This document shows, piece by piece, positions 35,093 through 46,200 of a stretch of 64,000 nt of DNA (position 1 is its first letter; every line of letters starts with the position of its first letter). Both the position numbers and the translations under genes were made by a program. The DNA is taken from NCBI GenBank assembly GCA_026400355.1, contig JAPLPE010000022.1, positions 141,507-205,506 on the forward strand, read 5' to 3'. Under the pieces are notes generated by a model. The model ran no database searches and had not been told where the DNA came from. It worked only from the letters and a program-made list of their open reading frames with translations. Source of the DNA: Rhodobacterales bacterium (lineage in GTDB: Bacteria > Pseudomonadota > Alphaproteobacteria > Rhodobacterales > Rhodobacteraceae).

Positions 35093-36364
35093 TCAGCCGA
35101 CCGAAACCGCACCCTTCTTGGGGCTTTGTTCCGCATGGATCATCAGGGGTTTGCCGGTCGGGTTGACGGCTTCCTCGTTCACGACGACTTCGCTGACCGT
35201 GTTCAGGCCAGGCAGTTCGAACATCGTGTCCAGAAGGATGTCCTCCATGATCGATCGCAACCCGCGTGCACCGGTCTTGCGTTCGATGGCGCGCTTGGCG
35301 ATGGCCTTGAGTGCCTCGTCGGTGAAGGTCAGCTTGGTATCTTCGATGTCGAACAGGCGCTGGTACTGCTTGACGAGCGCGTTCTTGGGCTCCGTCAGGA
35401 TTGTGACCAGTGCGGCCTCGTCCAGATCTGTCAGGGTCGCGATCACGGGCAGACGGCCCACGAATTCGGGTATGAGACCAAACTTGAGCAGGTCTTCGGG
35501 CTCCAGATCTTTGAAGATCTCGCCCACGCCGCGTTCGTCGACTTCGCGGACCTTGGCGTTGAAGCCCATACCTGAACCCTTGGCGCGCTGGCCGATGATC
35601 TTTTCCAGACCGGCAAAGGCGCCGCCGCAGATGAACAGGATGTTGGTCGTATCCACCTGCAGGAATTCCTGCTGCGGATGCTTGCGACCGCCCTGAGGGG
35701 GAACAGAGGCAACAGTGCCTTCCATGATCTTGAGGAGGGCCTGCTGCACGCCTTCGCCCGACACGTCCCGTGTGATCGAAGGGTTGTCAGACTTTCGGGT
35801 GATCTTGTCGACCTCGTCGATATAGACGATTCCGCGTTGCGCGCGTTCGACGTTGTACTCGGACGCCTGCAACAGCTTGAGGATGATGTTTTCCACGTCC
35901 TCGCCCACGTAACCAGCTTCGGTCAGCGTGGTGGCGTCGGCCATCGTGAAGGGCACGTCAAGGATCCGCGCCAGAGTCTGCGCCAGCAGCGTCTTGCCGC
36001 AGCCTGTAGGGCCGATCAACAGGATGTTCGACTTGGCCAGTTCGATGTCGGACGCCTTGGCCGCATGGTTCAGGCGCTTGTAGTGATTGTGTACGGCCAC
36101 GGACAGCACGCGCTTGGCATGGATCTGACCGATGACGTAGTCGTCCAGCACCGCGCAGATTTCGCGCGGTGTCGGTACGCCTTCCGACGATTTCAGCCCG
36201 CTGGATTTCGTTTCTTCCCTGATGATGTCCATGCAAAGCTCGACGCATTCATCACAGATGAACACTGTCGGACCTGCGATCAGTTTGCGGACCTCATGCT
36301 GGCTCTTGCCGCAGAAGCTGCAGTAGAGCGTGTTCTTGCTGTCGCTTCCCGATGCGTTCGCCAT
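35093..36364 (-). CDS. clpX: ATP-dependent Clp protease ATP-binding subunit ClpX
   Basis: Zinc finger [26 protein letters not shown], Walker A GPTGCGKT and a full-length AAA+ domain. Confidence 0.98.
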   Translation of the reverse strand: MANASGSDSKNTLYCSFCGKSQHEVRKLIAGPTVFICDECVELCMDIIREETKSSGLKSSEGVPTPREICAVLDDYVIGQIHAKRVLSVAVHNHYKRLNHAAKASDIELAKSNILLIGPTGCGKTLLAQTLARILDVPFTMADATTLTEAGYVGEDVENIILKLLQASEYNVERAQRGIVYIDEVDKITRKSDNPSITRDVSGEGVQQALLKIMEGTVASVPPQGGRKHPQQEFLQVDTTNILFICGGAFAGLEKIIGQRAKGSGMGFNAKVREVDERGVGEIFKDLEPEDLLKFGLIPEFVGRLPVIATLTDLDEAALVTILTEPKNALVKQYQRLFDIEDTKLTFTDEALKAIAKRAIERKTGARGLRSIMEDILLDTMFELPGLNTVSEVVVNEEAVNPTGKPLMIHAEQSPKKGAVSVG

Positions 36365-36464
36365 CTCAAACCTCTGGCTCGTTGGCTCTATTTACGTCTT
36401 GGTATTCTGCCCTACCCGATACAGTAGGGCAGCCCGCCGGGGTCCACAACGCAAAAATCCCGGT

Positions 36465-37103
36465 TTACTTCACGCCAGTTTCAGGCGGTTCCAGTTTGTC
36501 ACGGCTGACCAGAATATCATCGATCAAGCCGAACGCCTTGGCATCTTCGGGAGACATGAAATTGTCCCGCTCGAGAGCGGCCTCGACGGTTTCAAGGGAC
36601 TGGCCGGTATGGGCCACATAGATCTCGTTCAGGCGGGTCTTGAGTTTCTGGGTTTCGCGGGCATGGATCATGATATCTGTCGCCTGCCCCTGATACCCGC
36701 CCGATGGCTGGTGGACCATGACGCGGCTGTTGGGGAGCGAGTAGCGCATTCCCTTTTCCCCGGCGGTCAGCAGGAGCGAGCCCATCGATGCCGCCTGCCC
36801 GATCACGAGCGTCGAAACCTTGGGCTTGATGTACTGCATCGTGTCATAGATCGACAGGCCCGAGGTGACGACGCCACCGGGGCTGTTGATATACATTGAG
36901 ATTTCCTTCTTGGGATTCTCGGCCTCAAGATGGAGAAGCTGGGCCACGATGAGCTGGCTCATCCCGTCGTGGACGGGGCCCGAAAGAAAGATCACGCGTT
37001 CCTTGAGAAGGCGCGAAAAGATGTCATAGGCCCGTTCCCCCCGGCTCGTCTGTTCGACGACCATCGGGACAAGGTTCATGTAGTGTTCAACGGGGTCTTG
37101 CAT
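36465..37103 (-). CDS. clpP: ATP-dependent Clp protease proteolytic subunit ClpP
   Basis: Contains [11 protein letters not shown] and MVHQPSGG motifs. Confidence 0.97.
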   Translation of the reverse strand: MQDPVEHYMNLVPMVVEQTSRGERAYDIFSRLLKERVIFLSGPVHDGMSQLIVAQLLHLEAENPKKEISMYINSPGGVVTSGLSIYDTMQYIKPKVSTLVIGQAASMGSLLLTAGEKGMRYSLPNSRVMVHQPSGGYQGQATDIMIHARETQKLKTRLNEIYVAHTGQSLETVEAALERDNFMSPEDAKAFGLIDDILVSRDKLEPPETGVK

Positions 37104-37160
37104 CTTGGCTGCCTCTGGTCAGGGACGGATGTGTCATTGGTCGTTAAATGCTTCGGGAGT

Positions 37161-37188
37161 CTTAGTGGCGTGGCGAAGGGGCTTCAAG
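37161..37188 (-). promoter_or_regulatory. Weak sigma-32-like promoter candidate for clpP
   Basis: The minus strand reads CTTGAAG-N13-CCACTAAG, about 58 nt upstream of the clpP ATG. Confidence 0.25.
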
Positions 37189-37213
37189 GGCGGGTCAGTC
37201 GATTGACTTGTTG

Positions 37214-37246
37214 GTAAGTATTCGCTTACGGTAAGTCATGACTTAC
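37214..37246 (+). promoter_or_regulatory. Tandem palindromic operator candidates for the ArsR-family regulator
   Basis: GTAAGTCATGACTTAC (37231-37246) is a perfect 16-bp palindrome centred on the regulator's own ATG. A half-conserved copy, GTAAGTATTCGCTTAC (37214-37229), lies 17 bp upstream. TTGACT is at 37204-37209. Confidence 0.45.
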
Positions 37247-37573
37247 GCAACTGCAATAGAGGCACAACTGACCGCCCTCGCCGACCCGACGCGGCGGGCG
37301 ATCCTGGACCGTCTGCGGGACGGTCCCCTTCCCGTCTGCGATCTTGCGGCGGGCCTGCCTGTCAGCCGGCCTGCCGTGTCCCAGCACCTGCGGGTGCTGT
37401 CGGATGCGGGCCTGTTGCTTGTGACGCCACTGGGCAACCGGCGGCTATATGCGATTGCCCCGGGTGGTGTTCAGGAATTGCGCGCATATCTGGATAGGTT
37501 GTGGGATGACGCGCTGGCTGCCTTTGCGTCGGCAGCCCGTCAGGCCGCACAACAGCAGATGCCAAGGGAGTGA
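37238..37573 (+). CDS. ArsR/SmtB-family transcriptional regulator
   Basis: Contains LADPTRRAILDRLRDGPLPVCDLAAGLPVSRPAVSQHLRVLSDAGLL. Confidence 0.85.
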   Translation: MTYATAIEAQLTALADPTRRAILDRLRDGPLPVCDLAAGLPVSRPAVSQHLRVLSDAGLLLVTPLGNRRLYAIAPGGVQELRAYLDRLWDDALAAFASAARQAAQQQMPRE

Positions 37574-38043
37574 CGATGACCGCCAATTCGATCCGAAAGA
37601 GCCTGACTGTCCCCATCCGCCCCGCCGACGCGTTCCGCCTGTTCACCGAAGGGTTTGGTGACTGGTGGCCGGGGGCATCGCATTCAGTCTCTGCTGCCAA
37701 AGGCGCCAAGCCTCGTGAAATCCGAGTGACCCCGCGCGAAGGTGGCCACATCACCGAGGTCAAGGCAGATGGCGAACTGGCGCGCTGGGCCACGATCACG
37801 GTCTTTGAACCGGGCCGCAGGCTGGCCTTTGACTGGTATTTGGGACGGAACGAAGAGGACGCGACCCAGGTCGAGGTGACCTTCACGCCGGTCGATACCG
37901 GGACGCTGGTAGAGCTGACTCATGACGGTTTCGACCGGCCGGGAGAAGTTGCCGTGGCCGTGGACTATGCCGTCGCATGGGACTTCGTGCTAAGACGCTA
38001 CCGTCTGGTCGTGGTCCGGAACGGGGCGCTGATCATCGCCTGA
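37570..38043 (+). CDS. SRPBCC-superfamily (AHSA1-like) protein
   Basis: It overlaps the regulator stop by 4 nt. This ArsR-SRPBCC pairing is typical. The sequence contains FTEGFGDWWP. Confidence 0.8.
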   Translation: MTMTANSIRKSLTVPIRPADAFRLFTEGFGDWWPGASHSVSAAKGAKPREIRVTPREGGHITEVKADGELARWATITVFEPGRRLAFDWYLGRNEEDATQVEVTFTPVDTGTLVELTHDGFDRPGEVAVAVDYAVAWDFVLRRYRLVVVRNGALIIA

Positions 38044-38052
38044 GGCGCGCGA

Positions 38053-39225
38053 TCACGGCTCCCGCAGCGCCTCGCTGCCACGATAGAGCGGCTTTGTTAG
38101 GTACTGCAGCACCGTCTTCTTGCCGGTGTAAAGCTCGACGGTCGCCTGCATGCCCGGCCGGATTTCGATCCCCTGCTGGCGATCCGTCCGTTGCGACAGG
38201 TCGACCGTCAGCGTGACCTTGTAATGCGGCGGCAGATCGGCGCGGCGTTCATCGTCGAACGTATCCGCCGAGATGAAGGTGACCTCACCCGGGATTGACC
38301 CGTAGATCGTATAGTCATAGGCGGTCAGCTTGATCATTGCCTGCTGCCCTGCCACGACATTCGCGATGTCGGCGGGGCGGACGCGGGCCTCGACGAACAG
38401 CTGATCCCCGTCGGGGATGATGGTCAAGATATCTTCTCCGGGACGGATAACGCCACCGATGGTCGCCACGCCCACGGCGTTGACGATGCCGCGCATAGGC
38501 GAGATGATGACGGTGCGGGCCAGTTGGTCCTGAGCGAGTCGGAGTTCCTGTTTCAGCGTACCAATCTCGCTCAGCACATCGGAATAGTCGCTGGCGCGGG
38601 CCAGTTGCGCGCCTGTCACGATCTCGTTTAGCACGTTCTGGGCATCGGTATTGGCTTTGCGGGCCCGGGTAACCTCGACCAATGCCGCGATTTCGCGTTT
38701 CAGAAGGTCCTCCATCACGGCAAGTTCGCGCTGGGTTTCGGTCAGGATGCTTTGCGCGCCATCGACCTGGCTTTGGTAATCGGCCTGCCGCGCGGCAAGG
38801 AGCGTCTGTTCGGATTCCGCAATCTCGGGGGCAACGGCGGCAAGGTCGGCAGGCACGGTGAATGTGCTTTCACCAGCCATCTCGGCCTCGAGCCGCAACT
38901 GGCGGATCTGGGCCGCGGCCAGTTGTTCCTGCAGGTCGTCGACAGCCGCGCGGAACTGGGTGTCGCGCAGGCGGGCCATGACCTGACCGGGCTGGACAAG
39001 ATCGCCTTCTCTGACAAGAAGCTCGGCAAGGATTCCGCCTTCTAGGTTCTGGATGATCTGGGGCCGCGCGGCCGAGACGACTTCGCCTTCGGCCTTCACG
39101 ATCTCGTCGATCCAGGCGAATTTGGCCCAGACGACGAACAGGATCATCGTCGCGGCGACCAGCCAGATGACAAGACTGGGTGCCCGCATCTGACCCCGGA
39201 ATTCTGCGTCGATGCTGGCCATCAT
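38053..39225 (-). CDS. Type I secretion periplasmic adaptor (HlyD family)
   Basis: Has an N-terminal TM segment, a long coiled coil, and a C-terminal LYTGKKTVLQYLTKPL motif. Confidence 0.9.
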   Translation of the reverse strand: MMASIDAEFRGQMRAPSLVIWLVAATMILFVVWAKFAWIDEIVKAEGEVVSAARPQIIQNLEGGILAELLVREGDLVQPGQVMARLRDTQFRAAVDDLQEQLAAAQIRQLRLEAEMAGESTFTVPADLAAVAPEIAESEQTLLAARQADYQSQVDGAQSILTETQRELAVMEDLLKREIAALVEVTRARKANTDAQNVLNEIVTGAQLARASDYSDVLSEIGTLKQELRLAQDQLARTVIISPMRGIVNAVGVATIGGVIRPGEDILTIIPDGDQLFVEARVRPADIANVVAGQQAMIKLTAYDYTIYGSIPGEVTFISADTFDDERRADLPPHYKVTLTVDLSQRTDRQQGIEIRPGMQATVELYTGKKTVLQYLTKPLYRGSEALREP

Positions 39226-41876
39226 CCTGCCTTTCTTGACGCGAGATGCGCCAGAACCTGTTCGCGCGGCCCGTCAACGGCAAGGCCACCGTTCTGCAGC
39301 ACCATGACCCGGTCGGTCAGGGACAGGATCGCCACGCGGTGGGTGGCGATGATCGCCGTCCGCCCCTGAAGCCACGTGTCGAGCCGGGCGACCAGAGTGG
39401 TTTCGAGCATCTGGTCCAACGCCGCCGTCGGTTCGTCCAGAAGGCAGACCTGCGGGTCCTGCAGCCAGAGGCGTGCCCAGCCGATGGACTGGCGCTGGCC
39501 GACCGACAGCCCCTCGCCCCCGTCATGAATGGCAAGGTCTAAGCCCTTGGGATGGGCGCGGACAAAGGGACCGAGACCCGCAAAATCCAGCGCCGCAAGG
39601 AGGCGGTCATCGTCGCGTTCCAGAAGCGAGAGGTTCAGGTTGTCGCGCAGCGTGCCTGCGAACAGCCGCACCTCCTGCCCCAGATAGCCGATCAGCCGAC
39701 GCAGGTCGCGCGGCATGACCTGCCCCATATCGACCCCATCGATCAGCACACGGCCCACCGTCGGCGCATAAAGGCCGGACAGCAGTTTCATCAGCGTCGA
39801 TTTGCCTGAGCCGTTGGAGCCGAGTACGGCCACGCGTTGGCCCGGCGCGATGGACAGTGACGGAATATCGAGGATGCGGTCGCCGTCGCCTTCGTAACGG
39901 AACCCGAGTTCGCGCAGTTCATATGCGCCGCGCAGGCGGTCACGGCGCAGGTAGGTGCGCCCTGGCATTTCATCCTGCGGGGCATCAACCACGGCGTCAA
40001 GCGCGGTCAGTGCCGCCTTGACGTTGGACCACCTGGCAAAGGTGGCCGCCACCTGATTAAGCGGCCCAAGTGCGCGGGACGTCAGGATCCCCACCGCGAT
40101 GATCGTTCCGACTGTGAATTGCCCGTTGAACACCATAAGCGCGCCAACGACGACGGCGGTCACATAGGTCGCCTGCTGGACCCCCGTGCTCCAGTAGGTC
40201 AGCGTCGTCGCAATCCGGCGTTGTTCGGAAGAGGCGAGCGAGGACAGCGAAGTCAGTTCGGCCCAGAGACGGCGAAAGCGATCCTCGCCCCGCTGGGATT
40301 TGATCGTGTCGGATTCGTAGATGACCTCGTGCAGCATCCGGCTTGCGCGGGTGGACGCGCCCTGCGTGGCCTGCGTGAGGGCGATCATCTTCTTCTGCAT
40401 GACGAAGGCAGGCAAGACCATGAGGAGCCCGCCCACAAACAGCACCCAGACCACATTGCCCCCGATCGAGGCGACGAGGACGAGGAAGAGGATGATGAAC
40501 GGCAGGTCGGTCAGCGTGCCGATGGTCGAGGCGGTAAAGAATTCCCGGACAGACCCGAAATCACGGACGGATGAATACAGTGTCGAGGGGCGCTGGTCCT
40601 TGAGACCCGACTGCATCCCCAGAACGCGGTCCATCAGCAGGGCCTGGATCGCAAGTTCCATTCGCCGACCTGCCCCGTCGATCAGCCTAGCCCGCGCGAT
40701 GCGGAGTGCGGCTTCGAGGACAAGCGCGATACCCGCGCCGCTGGCCAGCACCCAAAGGGTTTCGATGGACTGGTGCGGTATGACCCGGTCATAGACCTGC
40801 AACGAGAAGAGCGCGACCACTGTGGCAAGGAGGTTGGCCACGAAGGACCCCAGCGCCACTTCGGCAAAATGCCGACGGAAGCGGCCCATCTGGCCCCAGA
40901 ACCAATGCGGCGCCGCGCCCTTGTCGGCATGACGGCGGTTCAGTTCGGCCGTACCAACATCGGCGCGCAGGATGCGCCCGGCATAGACAGGCTGGAATTC
41001 GTCCAGCGGGACTTCAGACCGGTTGTCGGTGCGAGTCGTGTCGTAGAGGGTGACGGTGCTGCCCTGCTGCGCCAAGACAAGGACGACCTGTCCCGAGGAC
41101 ATCTCGGCCAGCGCAGGCCAGTGTTCGGGCTTTGGCGTCTTTGCTTTGACGATCCGGGTGTCGAGACCGGCACCGATGAGCGCCTTGACGATGATCTCCG
41201 GCGTGACTTCGCTGCCGCCTTGGACGGTCATGCGTTCAAGCAGGTCGGTGCGGGACAGGTCCACGCCAAGGAGCCCAGCATACGTCGCCGCCAAATCCGC
41301 CCGACTTTGAGCGCGGGGCTTGGCGAGAGCACGTTCGGAGGCGGGTTCCGGGACGGGTTCAGGGGCCTGAGCCCGGGCCTTGACCGGGGCCAGCGGCATC
41401 GTCAGGCGGACCGGGTTCAGCGCTGCGAGGACCGAGGAAAAGCCTTTACCCGCCTTCGCTGCTGGTTCTGCCGGGGAAGGTTTCGGGACAGGTGCGGCCT
41501 CGGGCCTAGCCAGAATGGTGGCAATGTCAGAGGCCGTCTTGCGGACGGGGGGTTCGGCCCTTGCGGCGGGCTTTTCTGCCTTGGTTGAGGGTTTCTCCAC
41601 CATCGGGACGGTCTTCTCGGCAGGTTTGGACGCACCGATGGCGCTTAGCAGCGCCACGATATCGGCGACTGATTTCTGCGGGATGGTTTCGGGCGGGGCA
41701 TCGGCTGGCTCAGGCACGGCCTCGCTACCAAGGGTCAGTTCCGGCGGGGGTTCGTTGGTGGCATTGGCGGCTTCGGGCAGGATGACAATCGGCGGAGGAA
41801 GAGGCGCATTGCTGATCCGGGTCATGCGGGTGCCCTTGCCCCCGCTGATGTCGAAGGCGATGACCGGACCGCTCAT
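39222..41876 (-). CDS. Type I secretion ABC transporter (permease/ATPase) with a C39-like domain and a roughly 200-aa Pro/Ala-rich N-terminal extension
   Basis: Walker A GSNGSGKST, signature LSVGQRQ and Walker B LLDEP are present, with six TM segments. A C39-like domain lies around EIIVKALIGAGLDTRIVK...VVLVLAQQGSTVTLYD. ATGA overlaps link it to both tolC and hlyD. Confidence 0.9.
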   Translation of the reverse strand: MSGPVIAFDISGGKGTRMTRISNAPLPPPIVILPEAANATNEPPPELTLGSEAVPEPADAPPETIPQKSVADIVALLSAIGASKPAEKTVPMVEKPSTKAEKPAARAEPPVRKTASDIATILARPEAAPVPKPSPAEPAAKAGKGFSSVLAALNPVRLTMPLAPVKARAQAPEPVPEPASERALAKPRAQSRADLAATYAGLLGVDLSRTDLLERMTVQGGSEVTPEIIVKALIGAGLDTRIVKAKTPKPEHWPALAEMSSGQVVLVLAQQGSTVTLYDTTRTDNRSEVPLDEFQPVYAGRILRADVGTAELNRRHADKGAAPHWFWGQMGRFRRHFAEVALGSFVANLLATVVALFSLQVYDRVIPHQSIETLWVLASGAGIALVLEAALRIARARLIDGAGRRMELAIQALLMDRVLGMQSGLKDQRPSTLYSSVRDFGSVREFFTASTIGTLTDLPFIILFLVLVASIGGNVVWVLFVGGLLMVLPAFVMQKKMIALTQATQGASTRASRMLHEVIYESDTIKSQRGEDRFRRLWAELTSLSSLASSEQRRIATTLTYWSTGVQQATYVTAVVVGALMVFNGQFTVGTIIAVGILTSRALGPLNQVAATFARWSNVKAALTALDAVVDAPQDEMPGRTYLRRDRLRGAYELRELGFRYEGDGDRILDIPSLSIAPGQRVAVLGSNGSGKSTLMKLLSGLYAPTVGRVLIDGVDMGQVMPRDLRRLIGYLGQEVRLFAGTLRDNLNLSLLERDDDRLLAALDFAGLGPFVRAHPKGLDLAIHDGGEGLSVGQRQSIGWARLWLQDPQVCLLDEPTAALDQMLETTLVARLDTWLQGRTAIIATHRVAILSLTDRVMVLQNGGLAVDGPREQVLAHLASRKAG

Positions 41877-43159
41877 ATCTTCTCTCCATCGACAAGGGTG
41901 CCAAGGATCTGCGCGATCCGGACCTGCACCCGCGCCACGTCATAGATCAGGTCTGACGCCTCACGTTTGGTGCGGATGGCGGTTTCGAACACGCCCACCA
42001 CATCGGGCACGCCGCGCTGACCAGCGCGCTGCTGATCGGCAAAAAGGTTGTAGTTTTCGACCGCTTCGGCGGCGAGCCGCTGAGCTTCTGCCGACTGTCG
42101 TTGGAGCGACGCAAGCTGCCCGTTCAGCGCGGCCAGATTGCGGGCGGCGGATTCGCGTTCCTGTGTGATCCGCGCCTCGGCGGCTGCGGTTTCCTGCTGG
42201 ACCGCCTCGACCTGCGCACGGGTGCCAAGGTTGAGCCCGTTCGGCACTGCGACGTTGAGTTCAAGGCCGTCCGCCCCGTCCAGAATGTTCCCGCCTACAT
42301 TGATACCGGGCAGAAAGCCCGCTGTCTGCGCCGTTACGCTGGCAATGGTGCGGTTACTTTCGGCTTCGGCCCGAATGACCGTCAGCGCATCAGGCATTGG
42401 CGACGGCGTGCCGATGGGCGACAGGCCCGACAGCGTATCAAGCGGACGGGCCGACATCGCCTGCAGCGCGGCAAGGGACGATGCCGCCAGTTCCAAATCG
42501 GACTGCATGTCGGACTGCACTTGCCCCTGCTTTTGCAGAACGAGTTGCAGGTCCGCACGGTCGCTGATTCCGGCGTTGACTCGTTCGGTCATCACATATG
42601 CCAGATGCTCCATCGTCTCGGTCCCGGTGTCGTTGATCGCGGCGCGGGCCAGGGCGGCCTGAATGGTGATGTAAAGGTCCAGCGCCTCTTGCACGCGATC
42701 ATTGCTGTCTTCCGCAAGCTGGACGGCGGCAACCTCGACATCGGCCTTGGCGAATTCGCGTTCGGCCTTGGCCGCGCCGTTGTCGAAAATCACCTGCGAA
42801 ATCATGATCGTGGCCACAACCGCGCCCAGCGCGTTCAGGCTGATTTCCGGGCCGATGGAAGGAAGCCAGTTTGTCGACTGCGCCTGCGCACGCAGACGGG
42901 CGGCGCGCAGATCGGCCTCGGCCGGAAAGGTGTTCGCCTCAAGCACGGCATTGGCCACGTCCTGCAGGGGGCCAGGCTGGAGAACCGAGACTCGATTCAG
43001 AAGCTCTTCGATCAGGGGTGACGTGGAACCGTCCTGCATCGTCGCATTGAGCGTGGGCGGCGGCGCGGCACGGGTCACGTCATCGCCGCCGTCAGTGCCC
43101 TGCCGCCCCAGACAACCGCCCAGAAGGATCAGCCCTGCCGCCACTAGTCCGAATCTCAT
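41873..43159 (-). CDS. TolC-family outer membrane efflux lipoprotein
   Basis: Lipobox in MRFGLVAAGLILLGGC and two OEP repeats. I chose the ATG at 43159; the ORF track extends to 43174. Confidence 0.85.
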   Translation of the reverse strand: MRFGLVAAGLILLGGCLGRQGTDGGDDVTRAAPPPTLNATMQDGSTSPLIEELLNRVSVLQPGPLQDVANAVLEANTFPAEADLRAARLRAQAQSTNWLPSIGPEISLNALGAVVATIMISQVIFDNGAAKAEREFAKADVEVAAVQLAEDSNDRVQEALDLYITIQAALARAAINDTGTETMEHLAYVMTERVNAGISDRADLQLVLQKQGQVQSDMQSDLELAASSLAALQAMSARPLDTLSGLSPIGTPSPMPDALTVIRAEAESNRTIASVTAQTAGFLPGINVGGNILDGADGLELNVAVPNGLNLGTRAQVEAVQQETAAAEARITQERESAARNLAALNGQLASLQRQSAEAQRLAAEAVENYNLFADQQRAGQRGVPDVVGVFETAIRTKREASDLIYDVARVQVRIAQILGTLVDGEKI

Positions 43160-43237
43160 ACCTGCGTCAACCACTGCCGTCCTGCTCTCTCGTCCCGTTG
43201 CACCTGTTTGCTGCCGCGTGGCGGCACCGGACCCTTG

Positions 43238-46200
43238 TCAGGTGACGACGTGAATCTCCTCGTCGATGATGACAGTGCCTCCATGCGCGCCGAAGTCGTA
43301 AATCTTGTAGGCCCGGCCATCGATGTCCGTGGTTTCGCCCGAGTCGCTGGCACCAAGGATCGTGACCGTGTCATCGACCCCGCCGTGAACGGTAAGCGTG
43401 TTGGAATGGCTGCACAGTGCCTCGAGATCCTGCGCGGTCAGGGTCAGATGGCTATCCTCGGCGAACTGGAGGTCGATGGCTTCGATGTTGAAACCCGACA
43501 GGCCCGCGTTGCGGACGTCGACCGTATTGGTCAGAGGTTCCTCAAGCACAAACAGTGTCGAGGTGTTGTTGTCCGCCTCATCCGTCGAGGTAATGACAAG
43601 GTGCGAGCCGTTCGGGATCGGCTTGGTAAAGCTGTAGTCGATTTCGTTGAAGTCTGTGTTCACGCTGGTGTTGAAGCTCGCGTGGCTGACTGTGCCCGTG
43701 GCCGCGACCGAGTGGATTTCGACCGTGTCGTCGGTGATCGAGGTCGAGATTGCTCGGACCCCTGCCCCGGCGCGGGTGTAGCTTTCGATGAGCGGCGCTT
43801 CGGGCGGGGTCGTGTCCACCGCAATGGTTTCGGTGATCGACTTCGCGTTTCCCACGGAATCCGTCGCTTCGACCTTGATTGCGGCGTCATATTCGCCCTG
43901 TGGCACCTCGGCCCCGGTGAAGTTGACGGTCCAGGAACCGTCGGCGGCCACCGTCGCCTGACGGGTCGTGCCTTCGAAGGTGACAAAAACGGTCGAGCCT
44001 GCCTCGACCTCGCCGTTGATGGTGATGCCGTCCTGCGCTTCGACCCGGTTGACAACGTCATCCCCTTCAATGAGGCGATCCATGCTGAGTTCGTTGACGA
44101 ACGTATCGATCCGCACCGTATGGGTGATGACCGAGGAATTGCCGGCCTTGTCGGTAGCTGTGGCAGTGAAGCTCTGGTTGTATTCCCCTGCGGCGACTGC
44201 GGCGGCCGGCACGGTCAGCGACCATGTGCCATCGGCATTGGCGGTTACAGTCTGGGTCGAGCCACCATAGACGACGGTAACCCGCGACCCGGCCTCGACC
44301 GTGCCGGAAAGCTGGACGCCGTTCGATGCCTCGGCCGCGTTGAGGGTGTTGTCGCCTTCGACGTGCTTGTTGAGGGTGAAGCTGATTTCGGTATCTACGG
44401 CCACACTGTCGCTGACGGTTTTGGAGTTGCCGGCGCTGTCAGTGATCGAGGCAGTTATCGGCGCGTTGTAGGTGCCCGACGGGATTTCCCCAGCGGCAAA
44501 GAGTGACGACCACGTTCCATCGGGACCAGCAACGACCTGATGCGATTTGCCACCCAGCGTGACTGTGACTGTCAGACCAGGAGTGGCGGTGCCTTCGATC
44601 AGTACGCCGTCGCTGCGTTCTGTTGCATTGATCACATCGTCGATTTCGATGGGATCGGGGGATAGTGCCACTTCGCCTACGACCGTATCGATGAGCACAT
44701 CCTGCGAGATCGAGGCGGCGTTGCCAGCCTTGTCAGTCGCAGCGACGGTGATCTCGGTCGCATACTCGCCGAGCGGCAGGCTGCCCGCCGGGAAGGTGAC
44801 GGTCCAGTTGCCGTTGCCGGCCACGGTCGCGTTGTAGGACACGCCGGCCAGCGTCACGACCACGGTCGAGCCCTGTTCGACGACACCGTTGATGGTGACG
44901 GGTGCTGCGGCCTCAGCCTTGTTGATGATGTCGTCGCCGCCGACCTCTCCGCTCGTGATGTCAAGACGGTTGACGAAGGTATCGACCTTGACCGAGCCGG
45001 TGGCCATGGCGCTGTTGCCTGCGGCGTCGGTGGCGGTTGCGGTCACGGCGGCGGTGGTTTCGCCGGTCGGGATATCGTTCTTGCCAAAGCTGGCAGACCA
45101 GTTGCCGTCATCGCCGGCTGTCACGGTGCGGCTGGCCGAACCGAACCTGACGACGACCGAAGCACCCGCCTCCGCCTGTCCGGTCAGCGTGACGCCGTCC
45201 TCGCGTTCGACATAGTTGATCGTGCCGTCGCCTTCGAAATTGGCCGTGTTGACCGTAACCGAGGTTTCGGTATCCACCTGCAGGGTGATCGTGGCGCTGG
45301 AACTGTTGCCGTTGGCGTCGACCGCATTGGCGATGGCAGTCGTTTCGTAGGTGCCTGGTGCCACGGCTGTCGCCGGAAAGGAAACCGTCCAGGTGCCGTT
45401 CGGGGCAACCGTCGCGGCAAGTGTCGCGCTACCGAAAGTGACGATTACGGTCGAACCGGGTTCGGTCGTGCCTGTCAGGACGACACCGTCCGAGCGTTCG
45501 GAGGCGTTGATCACGTTGTCGCCTTCGACAGGCGCATTGATCGCCACTCGGGCTTCGCTGTCGATCATTATGCTGGCGTTCACTATGGCGGTGTTCCCCG
45601 CCGCATCGACTGACGACACGGCAATCGGCGCCTCATGGGTGCCGGGCGGGATCTCAGCGGCGGAATAGACGACTTTCCACGTCCCGTTCGCGGCTGTAAC
45701 GGCGGTATGGGTCACGCCGCACATTTCGACCGTCACGGTCGATCCGGGGTCGGATTTGCCGGTGATCGCCACGCCATCCGACCGCTCGGCAGCATTGACG
45801 ATGCCATTGGCCTCGACCGTAGCGGCATTCACCGTCAGGGTCAGGTCGGTATCGACCTTGATCGTGCCGCCGGTACTGGCTGTGTTGCCAGCGGCGTCGG
45901 TGGCGACGGCGGTGACGGTTTGGCCATAGGTGCCGCCGGGAATCTGCCCAGATGCAAATGAGGCAGTCCACGTGCCGTTGTTGGCGGCGATGACAGTCGT
46001 ATTTGCGCCGCCGATGGTGACGAGGACACTGGCCCCCGCCTCGGCCGTGCCGGTCACGGTCACGCCACCCGCATGTTCGACGGCATTGACCGTGCCGTCG
46101 CCGCCAATGGCGCCGGTGTTCATCGTGATGCTGGTTTCGGTATCGACGGTAAAGCTGCCTTCGGTCGTGGCGATGTTGCCATGGGCGTCTGTCGCCTCGA

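Noticed and set aside
43208-44506. Long ORFs antisense to real genes, e.g. 43208..44506 (+), 16635..17555 (+), 27448..28749 (-), 60769..62742 (-), 49864..50970 (-), 11609..12559 (-)
   Set aside because: These are typical GC-rich shadow ORFs. Their sequences are Arg/Gly/Pro/Ala-rich low-complexity with no family resemblance, and each lies exactly opposite a confidently assigned gene.
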